A stretch of 63,840 bases of DNA, the filler included, from Choristocarpus tenellus KU-1152 (taxonomy: Eukaryota > Protista > Phaeophyceae): NCBI GenBank assembly GCA_964200185.2. It is 10 parts of 10 records of this genome, joined end to end, with 100 filler letters (N's around TTAATTAATTAA, not from the genome) between each part and the next. Parts side by side here need not be neighbours in the genome. Positions count along the whole stretch, not along the records: positions 51,393 to 58,094 come from CAXNAD020007529.1; positions 58,195 to 63,840 come from CAXNAD020010146.1; 8 more parts are not named here. The stretch is one strand, 5' to 3'. A program made the position numbers and the translations under genes. Below are positions 51,485 to 63,840 of the stretch, piece by piece. The notes under the pieces are model-generated. The model had not been told where the DNA came from, did not search any database, and was given only the letters and a program-made list of their open reading frames with translations. Each line of letters starts with the position of its first letter. Position 1 is the first letter of the stretch.

Positions 51485-53493
51485 TATTGCGCTCACTAAT
51501 ACTTCAGATGAGAGGGCGAAGACCGTAAAATAGACTTCAATGTAGGCGACGATCAAGATGAAGCCAAGCTGGAATGTTTTCCTCTTTCATCACCTTCAGG
51601 CGACAATTCCACTCCGCCAAATTAAAGTCTCACACATAATTGTGCTTCATTCATTGGGCAGTCAAGCACGCAAATGGAGACGTTAGGGCACTTCTACCTC
51701 AGATTTTTTTTCAACTGTGTCTTTTCAGGGCAGCCAAATCAATCAGATTAGTCGTTCCTCGAAGTCATTCGTGTCAAACAGATACGAACTAGTTGCAATA
51801 TTCGACCTTGGTCAAGTCTCCTTACAATAGTTTCCCCTGGTGTTCGGATTAATTCTGTCCCAGTGGATACGTTCTCTGCATGCTTGACAACTTTAAAGCC
51901 ACTCTAAGATTATAAATAATTACTCGTACATAATATCAAGATGAAAACTCCGTCTTTGTTGCTTGCCTTCAAGGTCTTTTCCCTTACTTGAGGAACACGG
52001 GCAAGATTGGTTTACCAGCAACCTTTACCAGGAGCGTTCAACCATATGATATAGCTGTTATTGTTATAGGTACACCTGGGTCTAATGATATTCTCCCCAA
52101 TATTTCATCAAGTTCCCAGCGTGATTTGAAGACGGTTTTTATTTATTTATCGTTTTTGGCTGCAGATGCAAAGACTGATATATATGTATGGTCCACAGTA
52201 CTCATATCACTCGGGACAAGGATAAAATTTTAGAAGCCTTATTTGCTCTCATATTTTTGAAGTTCAAAGACGATTTTTGTCCAAATTTAGGACAAAACTA
52301 GAAATGAGTAGGTCACAAATGCATAGAAGTGCGAGAGGCTGCATTTGTACTAGGAGTCGAAAAACAAAAGAAACTCAAAGGAATGTAACATCTACATCCA
52401 CATGATAGCTTTAATCCTCACGTAATATATGCCAAAGTCAACTTTAACAAAAGTTGTGCCTGTTTGAAGCACTTGAACCTTTGAAACTGCTGCAACATAA
52501 TGAGCTTTATATGAGGAGACAAACGTTAGATGTTAAATATAAGTTTGTATGAAAGTTCCTGACAGGTATGAGAAATCAGAGGTACGAATATTTTTAGTGA
52601 CTTGCAAGGTGTGGAAACCCCCTATTTGTTGATTCTTTTTATAGATTAAGGGAGTTTTTTTTGTCTATTCAACCTGTTTGTTATTCTTGGGTATATTGAT
52701 GCCAAGTGGTATCTTTGATCATTGAGGTGATCATCTCCACCGTCACTCCGAAGTCGCCAGTACGAGACATGAGACTGCACGGGCTGTGTGTGCCTTTCTT
52801 CCACATGAAGGGTTGGCACCATAAGCGATAGGTGGACGTGTCCTTTCACCTGAAGTCGCTAAATACTAATATTTGAGAGTGCACAAGTGCATATCGTGTG
52901 TACCGAAAAAACCTCGTCCACCCGTGTTGGAATATACCCGTAAGTATGAAAGAAAATCTATACGTCGTATATTACGTAGTAGGTGTGAAGGGTGACCTTG
53001 TATATTAAACTTCTAAGTGTCTTCCAGAAGTAACTTCAAGAGTCAAACGTAATGAGGGTATAACTAGATTGAATGTCTGGAATCTTTTGTTGGATTAGCT
53101 TGATTAAAACTTCAATTAGGTGATAATATTACTCTCCCTACCCAAGCTTTAGTTAATCCAGATTTAGGGCCAACGGTGTTCTTCTTTTGGACATTAGTGT
53201 GATGTTTGCCTTTTTGAGTCAGCTATGATTAACAACCCACCTACTCACACGCTTCCTCTTCTACCCTTTCTGGTCCCCATACCGCTTAATCACCCAGCTT
53301 TTGACGCTTTAAATAGCTATCAATCTTCGTCTTACACGTGCGAAGTCAAAAAAGACGCCTCGAGGAAATTGTCTAGGGTATCCTCCTCCCTGAATACTAA
53401 GGAGGAAAGCAATAAGCGCTACAAGAAGAGCAGAGAGTGCCTATCTATGCCGTGGCGACTTCGTCAAATAACAAAGAAGTCAGGTTACATACA

Positions 53494-53741
53494 GAGCCAA
53501 TGTATCTTAGAGGGTAAAGCCGCGTCCAGTTGGGGGTCAAAATTCAATTTGGCGATTTTCATGTAATTTTGGCTATCGTGTTTGTTAGGAAGTGTAAATA
53601 TCCATGTTCTGGACACACCGTTTCATATCATATACATTTTACCTACTCCTAATAGGAAAATGTGATGAAAACCCCCAAGAGAAGCCAAGCCTCAAATGGA
53701 CAAACAGGGCAAAACTCGTACCCTCTAAGATACTTTCACTC
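53494..53741. mobile_element. MITE family A, copy 8 (reverse orientation)
   Basis: Full TIRs, flanked by aca/aca. Confidence 0.9.
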
Positions 53742-54351
53742 ACACACACATAAATATACATACATGTGTATCTCAAGTGCGGGGAGCGAGGAGACCCGCC
53801 GAAGTGCAACTGTTATAAAAGTCGCAAACCAGAAAAGGTCAAGGTGAACCTCGTAACAAGTTTGGGCGAAAAGGGGGCAAAGAAAAGGAGAGTATGGCAA
53901 AGAACAGGGTTGAAAAGCACCCTTTGTCGTCCTAGACAAGGAGGGGAGTATTATGGGCTCAACACGTCACCAATGAAAACGTTGAAGTGAGTGTGACATA
54001 TATTCTTCTTGTAGATCAGAACATTAGAACAAGTTCTGGTAAGTGTGTGAAAATGATACCCGCAAATGAGGTAGATCTACTATTATTAAATGTGAAGAGT
54101 TAGAACAGATTAGAATCGATATAGAGATCGATATAGGGTTGGTGGAGAGACCGATATTCAAGGAGATGTCAAATAAAAAATAGTTCAAAAAAGTACAAGA
54201 TAGTTCGATGGATGTGGGATATTGGTGATCTAATTTGAAATGCCTCAAAAAAGGATTATTGTATTGCTGTGTGAGGGTTGCTGAAATTATACTCTACAGT
54301 TGGTACGACTTCTTGTTGTAGTGGTGGCTGGCCTAGGAACTTCGCACCGGG

Positions 54352-57300
54352 ATGGGAGGTAGGAAAAACTTGTCAAAGAGTCGCGGACCAAAATGTGAGA
54401 CTTCAAGCATGAGAAATCCAAGTCGCTGTCTTCCCACGATAGGCCTGGGTCTGCTCGGACTGGCGATTGCTGTTGCAGTGGGGTCGGCGTTCTTGATGAA
54501 CCTTCGCAACAGTGTTGCAGGTATCTCCACATTATGCTCTTGTTGTACTGTATATGTTATCGCATATAGCTCGATCGTTGTGAAGCCCGCAGTTAGATAT
54601 TACAAAGCGAAAAGCAGCGAACGAACACTGCAAAGAAATGCACAAGCAAAACGAAATCGACCTTATTCCTCCTATGTTGCGTGTGGATATTTCGAGCTAA
54701 ATAGATTGTTTATAATGGAATCCCATCCGGTACGGGGTTGGTCTCTGTAGTTGATATTTCGGTTCAGCAAACAATTATCAAAGACATACGCATCCTCCCA
54801 ATTTCAGTGACATGTTGCGTGTTAGTGGGTTGTGAGGGAAATCACAGTACAAAATGACTGGATGCTCTTGTAACGGTAGGATATCTTAGGATCAGTAAGG
54901 AATGGGGAGGTTTGATCTGGTACAAGTCGACTCGCGAAATATCAAGTGCTTTCGTCTTGACCTGTGCACTCAGTAGCTCGCACCAAAACCTTTGTGCAAG
55001 AGTTGCATATCGTCTTGTTGACTGTAGTGTTTTTCTCTCATTGCATGGACAACAGTATGCACACGCTTCAAAACTAAATCTCTAGAAGGCTGCGTCCTGT
55101 TGTATGATTCAGAACTCGACAAAACCACTCAGCACACACACACACCAAACCATGAGACATTGCTTCAACTCAACTCAAGAACCCTTCCACGCAGCACCAG
55201 GATGTACAAAATAATGTCATGGACTGTAACCTCGCCCTTGCGATTCCGCCCTCAGGTATCCATACGGAGATCCCCTTGTGCCCAGTCCTACACAAACTCC
55301 TCTCAGAGGCAGATCTTGCCATATCCAGAGCGGGCGAAGCAGATCGTGCAGGAGGGTGTAGCGACCCAGAATCATGGCTGCATCATTCAGGTGTCAGTCC
55401 ATTGTCTGGGTTACCTGGCTTCCAGGATTACAATGCCTCAATGATGTGGGGAACCTACCGCCCAGGTGTCTACTTCGGTGAGATCATATTGAGGTGCCAT
55501 AATCCATGTCTTTTTATGGAGAGTGCTGTGAGTTGGGAACATGCACCTTACGTCGCATTCTCTTGCAATGGTATTATCCCTTAGGCGAACCCTAGGATTG
55601 AGATATTGTACCCATGTTGAGTCAAATGGCTATTCAATGGGGACAAAAGACCATCAGGAGACAAGGCATCCAATAAAATCCCTGCGTTCCCCTCAAACCC
55701 CCCACACATTGCAGGCTTCAAGTCCAGGACTGCCCCAGACTGGGTGGGTGCAGGTTTGATGTGGCATGCTGGAGCTGATAGCTCATCTTCTCCTATTAGA
55801 CACGAATGCAGTGAGGGCGATGGCTTGGAAAGGTATGGGTGGTTGGAGCATGACGGTGTGGGGTATGGATCACAAGAGATAGTGGACACAAGGAGTGAGA
55901 TTAGCTTGAAGACTTTGATGGTGAAGCCAGCTGTCATGGAGGGAGTTGGAGGGGAAGGGGCTGATGCTGCCGACGGTGAGTTAGACAAGATAGATGGAGA
56001 GAGGGACTTCAAGTGTGTGCATTTCACTTACTTAAATCAGGATATCTTTGGGGATTAGAGTCCTAGGGTTGGTGTTGACAGTATGTTGGGTGTTTGGGGT
56101 TGTGTACCTGATTAGTTGTGAAACTGAACTAGAAAAAAAGTTCAAGGGATAGATAGTCTAATGGCATCCATAGATGGTATGGACATAAGGTACAGGGGTA
56201 GGGCATGGAAAAGTTAATCCGATTTCACCCCTTTGGTTGTTTGACATGCACTTAACCACTGAGCCAAACACCAAGTGTGCGTTATAGCTGCCCCTACAAG
56301 AACAAAAAGGATATCGATTTTGAGCCTCCTGCCTAATTTGAAGGTAAAGTAGGTGTAGTAGGCCAAGCAATTAACACAGTATCTGAGGTGGCACTAGAGA
56401 TATAGTGTTGGGGTGCACGTTTGTTGATGAAGACGTTAAGTGTTTTTTTGTATGTATCACAATGTGTGTAGATATGTCACACAGAGGCGGCATGAATGTG
56501 GGCAAAGGCCGGATCATGTAACTGGGCCTTGGAAATGTTCAAGTGAGGCACTGGATGTGGATGCTTAGTTTGATGTGGAAAATTTTGGTGCTGCTAATGA
56601 GAGTGTTCTGTTCATTTGATGTCCCTGTTAGCTAGACAATAGCTGTTGGACAATCAGGAAACGAATAGCCTCAACTCTATTGCATTGCTGAAGGTGCAAT
56701 TTTGCCCCTCAAGTGTGCACTTACTTTATGCCAGTGTTCGAAAACCGTTTCTTTTTCATCATTACCATGATAACGTGTGATGCTATCAGCATCCTTACCC
56801 ATCAACCTGAGCGCTGTGAAGGAAGGTATACCTCCTCCCAGTCACACACACGGTTTTGGAAGTGTATCACTTTGAGAACTGCCTCCTTTTTTTGTCCCAA
56901 TTGGTGGCAGTCCATCTGGTGTCAAGGATAGAAGTCTCTCCTACAGAGGAGGCAGGAGCTAGGGGTGATCGAAGGACCAGCATCTACCTATACTTTGGTG
57001 TAGACTGTAACGCAACATCACAAGATCAGGTGAGTTGCTTGGATTCTGCTGGTGCTGGGGTTGGACTTGAGGTGTCTTCCTTTACAGGCACTGGCGGGGG
57101 CGATGATAGCATGGGCTCTGAAACTCTCCTTATCAGTGGGAGTACCCTGCAACTGGGGAGATTTGTCCTGGAGGCCACACCTTCCTTCTCCAAGCCAGAT
57201 GTGCCTGCAGAGACTGAGGTCCAGGTTGGGGAGCGAATGTCAAGCGTTGTGGTCGGGGGGAAGACCATTGCACCTAGCCTGGTGGAGAGAGAGTCCGATG

Positions 57301-57515
57301 GTGCTGTTGGAACAGGCACACTTGCTTATGTGGGGAAGGCTGGGGTGGGATTTGCTGATATCAATCAGGAATTGGAGAGGATGAGAGTTCACCATGGAAG
57401 ACGGGAGCGTCGACAGCGAGATGGGAAGGAACAACAGGTGGCAAGGGGGCAGGATGAGAGTATCTTCAAGTTAGGGAACACTGTTGCCCCGCATAGTAAT
57501 ATAGTTGTCATTCAG
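54352..57515 (+). CDS. MOGS: Mannosyl-oligosaccharide glucosidase (glucosidase I, GH63), N-terminal half; truncated by gap
   Basis: Exons 54352-54520 (type II signal anchor), 55256-55477 (or starting 55391), 55715-55975 and 56911-57515. Motifs MWGTYRPGVYFG|FKSRT..AGLMW, IRHECSEGDGLERYGWLEHDG..YGSQEIVD, SIYLYFG, ISGST.QLG.F and NIVVIQ. Confidence 0.9.
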
Positions 57516-58194
57516 GTGAGGGTTTGGGCAGGGGGGAAGGAGGGGGGGGAGGTTGCTGTACAGTTGTTTCTTGCCTTGGTGACATGTGTTGATAAAGTGA
57601 AGGTACTTGGAGTGGAAGTGTCCTCCTTGCTCTGCCACACCTGATATATATCAGATTGCATGTGTTGTTGAATTTTGGGGGGTGAAGGAGTCATTGGTAT
57701 TTGGTGGGAGTGATCAAGATCTGGAACAAATGCCTTGGTTCATCTGGAGAAGGCTTCAACGCATGCATTGATAGTGTGTTTCTAAGAGCTATCTTTGTGC
57801 TGAGGAGTGCTTGAGGTTGCTGTGTCTGGTGTTGGTGTTATGGATCGAAAGGTCTGGAGGGAAAAAAGGCATCTAGAGACTTTTGAATTGCTGATGTCTC
57901 AACCAAGTGACACAAATTCATCCAAAAAATTAGAAAAAATATAGTTTTACATATCGAAATATGAATGGGAAAATGTACTCGGACACACCACAGACCTGGC
58001 AGGAATCGTAATACCTGATCCCTGTGAGTCTACCCAGAGCCAACGCTTGTCCACCTTCCCCCCTTCCCCCCTGCCCCTCCCCCGCAACAAACACNNNNNN
58101 NNNNNNNNNNNNNNNNNNNNNNNNNNNNNNNNNNNNNNTTAATTAATTAANNNNNNNNNNNNNNNNNNNNNNNNNNNNNNNNNNNNNNNNNNNN

Positions 58195-58235
58195 CCAAAT
58201 GGACAGCCGCCACCCCCTCCCAGATACTTTGAGCT
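58195..58235. mobile_element. MITE family B, right end at contig edge
   Basis: ccaaatggacagccgccaccccctcccagatactttgagct matches the family-B short end. Confidence 0.8.
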
Positions 58236-58499
58236 ATTCCCCCTTCAGTGTTGAGAACTGAAATCGACCCTTTTACACATTCTTTGTACTCGATGGAAGT
58301 GAAAAGTACCCAAAAAGGTACTTCCTGCAAAGGCGCTAGTACAGCTACCTACGGTAACCCACTTCAAGAGACTCATTCAAGAACTCAAGTTCAGCTTTTG
58401 GATGGGGCTCAGTTTGGGCAAGGACATAGGCCCCTAAATTCCCTTCCTGTCCCTTCCATTGCCCCTTCCCCCGTCACCCACTGCAAAACGATCGTTCAG

Positions 58500-60780
58500 G
58501 AAAAAATGAATGTAGTCTGTCGGGAGATGTACCGGGCCAGTGACGTGGAGTGGAGCCCCGAGGCTGAAGAGAAGGTCAAGGTTTACGAAGAGGCTGGCTA
58601 CGGCAAGGTACACGCCTTCTAATTTGGCACCCCTATCTAGAGGAGGAATAAGGAAACGGGGATTGGTGGTTGGAGTCCATATGCTGCCCTTTAAGCCGTT
58701 GAATTTTAGTCATTATCCGTTGTGGGGGTGGTTTTATTTTTAATATTTGTTCTCATGTTGAATGTGTAGTTTTGAGGGGGTTTCAGAAAGAATTTTTATT
58801 GCTGGAAATAGTTCCGATCGATCCACATGTAATACTGTTGTATGTTTTGTCCGATTCTCTTGTAACTGTTGCTCAGTCTCATGAATGGAGCAGTTCATTG
58901 GGATGGGGCTTACAGCGGGTGTAGAGTAGGGTTTGAAGTTCGCTATTTGTAGAAGCGCTAGATGGAAGTGTTGAGAGGAGGTAGGTCAGGTATGGTGAGT
59001 GAGAGGTATAAGAAATATCAACTCAATAAACAAAGTGCCGTCCAAGAATACAGTGTGGGTGGAGGGCATGCCTGAATATGGGAATAGCTGTGAACTAGCA
59101 GGGGTTTGTTGATTGGGGGCAGTTTTACACATTACGTTTTGCTGGTAAAAATCATGAAATTGATTTTGTGCTTTAAGTGAACCTTGAGGCAGTTTATTAT
59201 CCCATCAAGGCATCTACAACTTTTCCCTGCAGCTATCTAGTGGTATTTTCGCTCTTTTTTCTTGCGAGAAACTGTTCTTTTGTCTCTCATGCCCTCTTGT
59301 TTGCACATTCTATCCCACTCCTTGCTCCCTTGAGCAAAATCTCCTGTCTTGCATTGGCGGAGCTTTTCAAATGTTTTTCGTTTCTTCTACTCACCCCCAA
59401 GCCTTCCCAGTAGTTGACGCATACAGATGGAATGTCTCCAGCTCTCTCTCGGTCTCCCTCAATTCTCTGGTGTCTATCTGCCTCTCTATTGCCGTTACAG
59501 TTGCCAATATGTGTAGCCAAGACTCAGTACTCACTTTCCACTGACCCAGCCGCAAAGGGGGCACCTACAGGGCACACGGTGAGAACCTATTTAGTACAAT
59601 GGTCTTGTGTGGACATTTCCTTTCAGTTCGAACATTCGGGTTCAAAATGCCTACCTTTGGTTGAAGGTAGTAATTCAGTGTCACTAAAGTGGTCTGGTCT
59701 TCAGGGGAGAGAGTCTTTGCGAGATCCTAAGAGGTTGAAGTGTTAGTATTATCGTCTGAGTACTACTTACAATATAGTAGCACGAAGAGGAACATCTTGA
59801 CCAATATAATGTCCTGTCTGTCATAATGAGCCAGTGGTATACTCTTCTTGCCCAGTAATCTCTCCTTCCCCAGCGATCTTAAGATTGTTTTGTCACCATC
59901 AAAAGATTAGGGTTAGGGTTATGTGAATATCCTATCATTTGAACTTTTGTTGTAGTTCTGTTTTATGCAGAAGCCTCGTTGTATATCAGTGCTTGAATAT
60001 AAGCACTCCTGCGAGGATGTACGTATACAGGTTCGAGCCCGCTTTTCAGTATACCACAAAGCGTGGGAAAACTGAAACGAGATGGCAAGGATTCATTGTG
60101 GAGAGACACTGAACCAAAGATCCGTGGGAGGAAGTAGTGGGATGATCGAACTGACTGCATGAGAAGCAAGGCGGACACAGGGCAGCGTAATTAGCCATAG
60201 TGCAAAAGTTAATGGGGGTCGGTACAGTGCATAGTGCCTCTGACCACAGGTCGGGATAGTCCTCAGGTCCCGGCTAAAGTGAAAGACAAATATAATTGGA
60301 AATATAAATGTAGAACACTCTAGAAGTTATGTTCTGGCAGAATCTGGGGATACATTAATATCAATATGTAGATTGGAGCTATGAGCTCCTTTCCATGCAT
60401 GAAACATAGCCTAGTTTTAGGTCTGGAATATCTTGGGGGGGGGGGGTTGTGTCGTGTACCCTATCCCTGAATCAACCTGGGCTTTACGTCTAACTCCGCA
60501 TCGTCTAAAGGACAAAGAAATATGACCCCCTGGCTCTTCTCTCCAAACAAACAATCCTGCTCAGCCTTTTGTCACTCATGATGCTCAACTCTCTTATCAC
60601 ACATTGATATTAATCATGTTTATCTAGGTTTTTGTTCGCGATGTCCGCGCTTCTGTGGGGGCTGGCTTTGTGTACCTCCTCTGTGGAGACATCAACACTA
60701 TTCCTGGTCTACCAACTCGACCTGGTTTCTACGATGTTGACATAGAATTTGACACGGGAAGAGTAGTGGGACTCTTCTAG
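58500..60780 (+). CDS. Formate--tetrahydrofolate ligase (FTHFS), last three exons
   Basis: Exons 58500-58607 ([36 protein letters not shown]), 59501-59578 ([26 protein letters not shown]) and 60628-60780 ([39 protein letters not shown]...GRVVGLF*). All junctions are phase 0. Confidence 0.95.
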
Positions 60781-61699
60781 GTTGGCTTTGGCAGCATGTA
60801 CTGTTGTGCTACATCATTGCAGGATCAGTTGCCCCCACTGAGGCCTGCAATTTGAGGGTAGAAGTGGGGTTATGGTGCCGGATGGGGTTTTCAGCCCTGT
60901 CTATTGAATGGAACAATTGTGCTTCAAAGTAAGGATCTTTTTGTGGTGGGTAGAAATCATTCCCCGGATAGATGTTGGCTCTGCATTTTGCTTGTTCATT
61001 ATTATTCACCAAAATACAGTACAATATGTAGGGAGGGATAGGATATGATTGTCTGTGGACGTGCTGCATGCGATTCTAGGAGCATGTCAGAACCTCTTTA
61101 GTGAAGGCAATGGTGTTGAACTCAACGCCAAAGGAGGTGTGTTTTGTGGTCATGACGTTGGGATGCCAGCCAGTGAACGGCAATGTGATTCCTCCTTTCT
61201 CTTTTGCGTGAGAACTGTTTTAAGTATAGTATATACTCTAGAATTTCTGTGCGTTCCTAGTAGAAATAACTGACCCGTTTGAGATTAACCAAGAGATTGA
61301 AATTAGAGGAAATAACAAAGGAAACAGTGTATGCTGACAAAATATGGAGTTCATGAGAGATGGGAATATGTCAAGGGACAATGTGCGAACAAGGAGAGCT
61401 AGATGCTGAACATACATATCGTGTTGAGCTTGATTGGTGTTGCTGTCGTTCATAGGTAGAGTTAGCTGACAGGGGATGGATTATTGTACCTTGTTCAAGT
61501 GGTAAGTAGAGGTTTGTCGGTTGCCAATATGGACTTGGTTGGGAATCCATTGTACAGGGATCATCACTTGCATGGAACGCAGTATTGTCTTAGTTGTGGA
61601 AACGTGCACCCTGATCTCCGACAAAGGAGGGATGTGGCAGTGGGTGTAACAAACATTTCCCGCAATTTTTATCTTTATATGATTCTCGCAACAAGATCA

Positions 61700-62950
61700 A
61701 TGCTTGCCCCTCACACATCCTCCCTTCCCCGGATCATAGTGCAAGACCAGATAGATCCTTCTCTCACTCTCTGCAAATATTTGCTTATGGCAAACAGCTA
61801 AGAGATTTTTGTCTTGAATACGTATCTTGTGTTCTCTGAGCAGAGGGCTGTAGTAGTTGTGACGCCAATCTCAACCACCTTCTTTCCCTGAGGCATGGAA
61901 TGAGGAAGGGGAACAAGCACAGCAGCTGCGGTAATACGAAGACCAATAGACTCTCTCTTCAACAAGGCCTTGAAGGTGACTAGCAAATAGCTCAAGCAGA
62001 TGATGAGAGTCACTGTTCTGCAGAGCTTTCTTGGAACCTACGACACATGGAGATCGAGTATCTAGCGTTGGGGACAGGTTGGATTCTACTAACACTAGGA
62101 AGGGTTTCAAAGGTGGGCAGGGCAAGATCGACTATGCTAATGCAAACATTCTCGCTGGAAAGTTGCAGCCACACTTTTCTAAACAAGGGAGGATTAGGGC
62201 TAGTAGTACAGGCTAGCCAGGGCAATGAAAGGATGTTCCACAAAACCTGTCGCAAGGATTAAAATGCCCTGAGCAAAGGGGGTGGCCGTTGTGCTTTGCT
62301 CATCTTTATGTCATGTGGCATGGTTTCCTTGCTCAAATAAGCAGTCCATCAATCAATGGCGCTCTTGCTCTCCTCTCTGATCCTAATCAGAAGAAAGCCC
62401 GAGGGGGTGGCAAACATAATCCTGTCCCAGTCGTATCGGAAACTCACAGGACCTTCACAGTCAGTCAGTTAAGTGAGTCTCCTATTGATAGTGTCTTGTG
62501 CACAAGGGTAGGCGAAACGGGTGCAGAAGAAAGTCAGTGTGGGTGATCCTTTCAGAGAAAGACTTTCCGACTAGTACTCAGTGGCTATATTCCAAGGAAT
62601 GTTGCACCTCAAGTAACCGATTGATATACTGTTGGGCAGATTGTGGAGACTAAAATGAGCAGAGAACGGTTTGGGAGACCAGGGAGTCAGGCAGTAGCCA
62701 GGGTGACGAAATGATGTGTGGAATTTCCTGCGTTAATGAACCCAACCAAGGTTTATTATAGGGCACTGCAAATAAGGTAAGAACAGCCCCAAGCAAGTGT
62801 TTGGTTCTTGGGGAGTGCGAGAGTTGCTGCGGGGAGTATGGTGTTGAAATATTCCACACTGGACCAACGGCTATGTGCCTTGATAAAGGACAATAAATGG
62901 CTTGGTGTAGATACACAATACTAATGTTACAAGGGGCTTGTCTCAATTCC
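61700..62950 (+). mobile_element. Decayed non-LTR (L1/Tx1-like) retrotransposon ORF2 fragment
   Basis: Across frameshifts, SRWKVAATLF..KGGLGL...NERMFHK resembles the post-RT VSW..L..P...GGLG+...N.A+..K motif. Many stops. Confidence 0.35.
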
Positions 62951-63724
62951 GCTGATGGCTGAATTGGTGGGAGTGAGACAAGTCCAGACTACCATGTGAT
63001 TTGTAACGTCCACATGGATAATTAGAAAAGAATACTATCGTATGTACCATATATGATATATCAATGGATAATCTAAAAATATTAGGCCCCTACAATACAT
63101 GAACGTTGGTCTGAGCTCAACTAACATATACGAAAACATGTATCTGGCTCTACCTTTCCTCCACTACTCCACCGATGGTGTCTATATAGTGAGTGTATCA
63201 GCAGCACTATCTACGAACAGATGGAGGGTGAGATGATTCAGATGACAACAAGGGTTGAAGGGTGTATGAAATGAGTGCTGCTGCGACACATGATACATAT
63301 GCTGTTGGTGGAAGTGCGTTGACTGATTGGTGAAGCCAATCGATCTTGTTATACACGGAGTAGCAATGCATTAGTGGTGTATATGGCGATATCTATATAT
63401 CTATATATCTATATATTATAGTAGTAGTATTGCCTTATTTGAAGTATCCATATCTTCACTTTGAAGTTTTCTTCTTGTTCCCTCCATGACAATATCTGCA
63501 AAACGTTGGTGTGAGTCAAATCGATTGAGATATAGGCAGGTTTGAACCCTTTTGATTTTGAAGCCATCTTTCTTGCCCTGTACAGGACACTCTTTTCATT
63601 GCACTGCCTGCACAATAGTGTACACAAAATTGATATTACCCCTTTCCACACACAATAAACGACACCACAATTCAGCAAACGCTCTTTCTTCTAGTGTACA
63701 AGAACGCATATTATTGCCCTTTCT

Positions 63725-63810
63725 GGGTCAAAGTATCTGGGGGGGGGGGGGGGGGGGGGGGGGGGGGAGGGGGGGGGGGGGGGGGAGGGGGGGGGTGTGG
63801 GGGGGGGGCG
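63725..63810. mobile_element. MITE family B, left end with long G-tract
   Basis: gggtcaaagtatct followed by about 70 nt of G-rich tract at the window end. Confidence 0.75.
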
Positions 63811-63840
63811 GAGAAATAAAAAAAAAAAAAAAAAGAGAGG

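Noticed and set aside
53330-53990. Gag zinc-knuckle-like fragment (LKCGERGDPPKCNC) split by MITE A
   Set aside because: CCHC spacing is incomplete and no pol motifs lie nearby.
5146-58194. Recurring TTAATTAATTAA palindrome as a biological repeat
   Set aside because: It is always centred in exactly 100 nt of N padding, so it is an artificial six-frame-stop linker.
54352-60780. MOGS-FTHFS fusion gene
   Set aside because: The two parts are separated by an artificial spacer and each is truncated at it.

Overview
Intron-rich eukaryotic nuclear DNA with GT-AG introns; an algal or stramenopile source is plausible but is only an inference. The window is about ten short contigs joined by nine identical 100-bp artificial spacers (N44-TTAATTAATTAA-N44). 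At least two joins look non-colinear, because genes are cut off and unrelated genes resume on the other side. Supported genes: a complete two-exon CTF8, the 3' end of a FAM161-like gene, the C-terminal exon of a NOL8/Nop8-like gene, a large multi-exon helical/EF-hand gene, the 3' end of a YUCCA-like flavin monooxygenase, the 5' half of glucosidase I (MOGS/GCS1, GH63) and the last three exons of formate-tetrahydrofolate ligase. The rest is dense with repeats: a decayed plant-type mariner with both TIRs, a deleted Copia, L1-like and possible hAT relics, modular TGT...ACA LTR-like pieces, a minisatellite, a decayed LRR-like array and several MITEs. The most striking signal is two abundant MITE families with unrelated interiors that share a bipartite end (terminal AAAGTATCT plus inner GTCCATTTGGG). 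The spacer between these motifs differs between the two ends by about one helical turn, which recalls the 12/23 rule and points to an unidentified transposase system. Family assignments rest on motif recognition by eye; no database searches were run.
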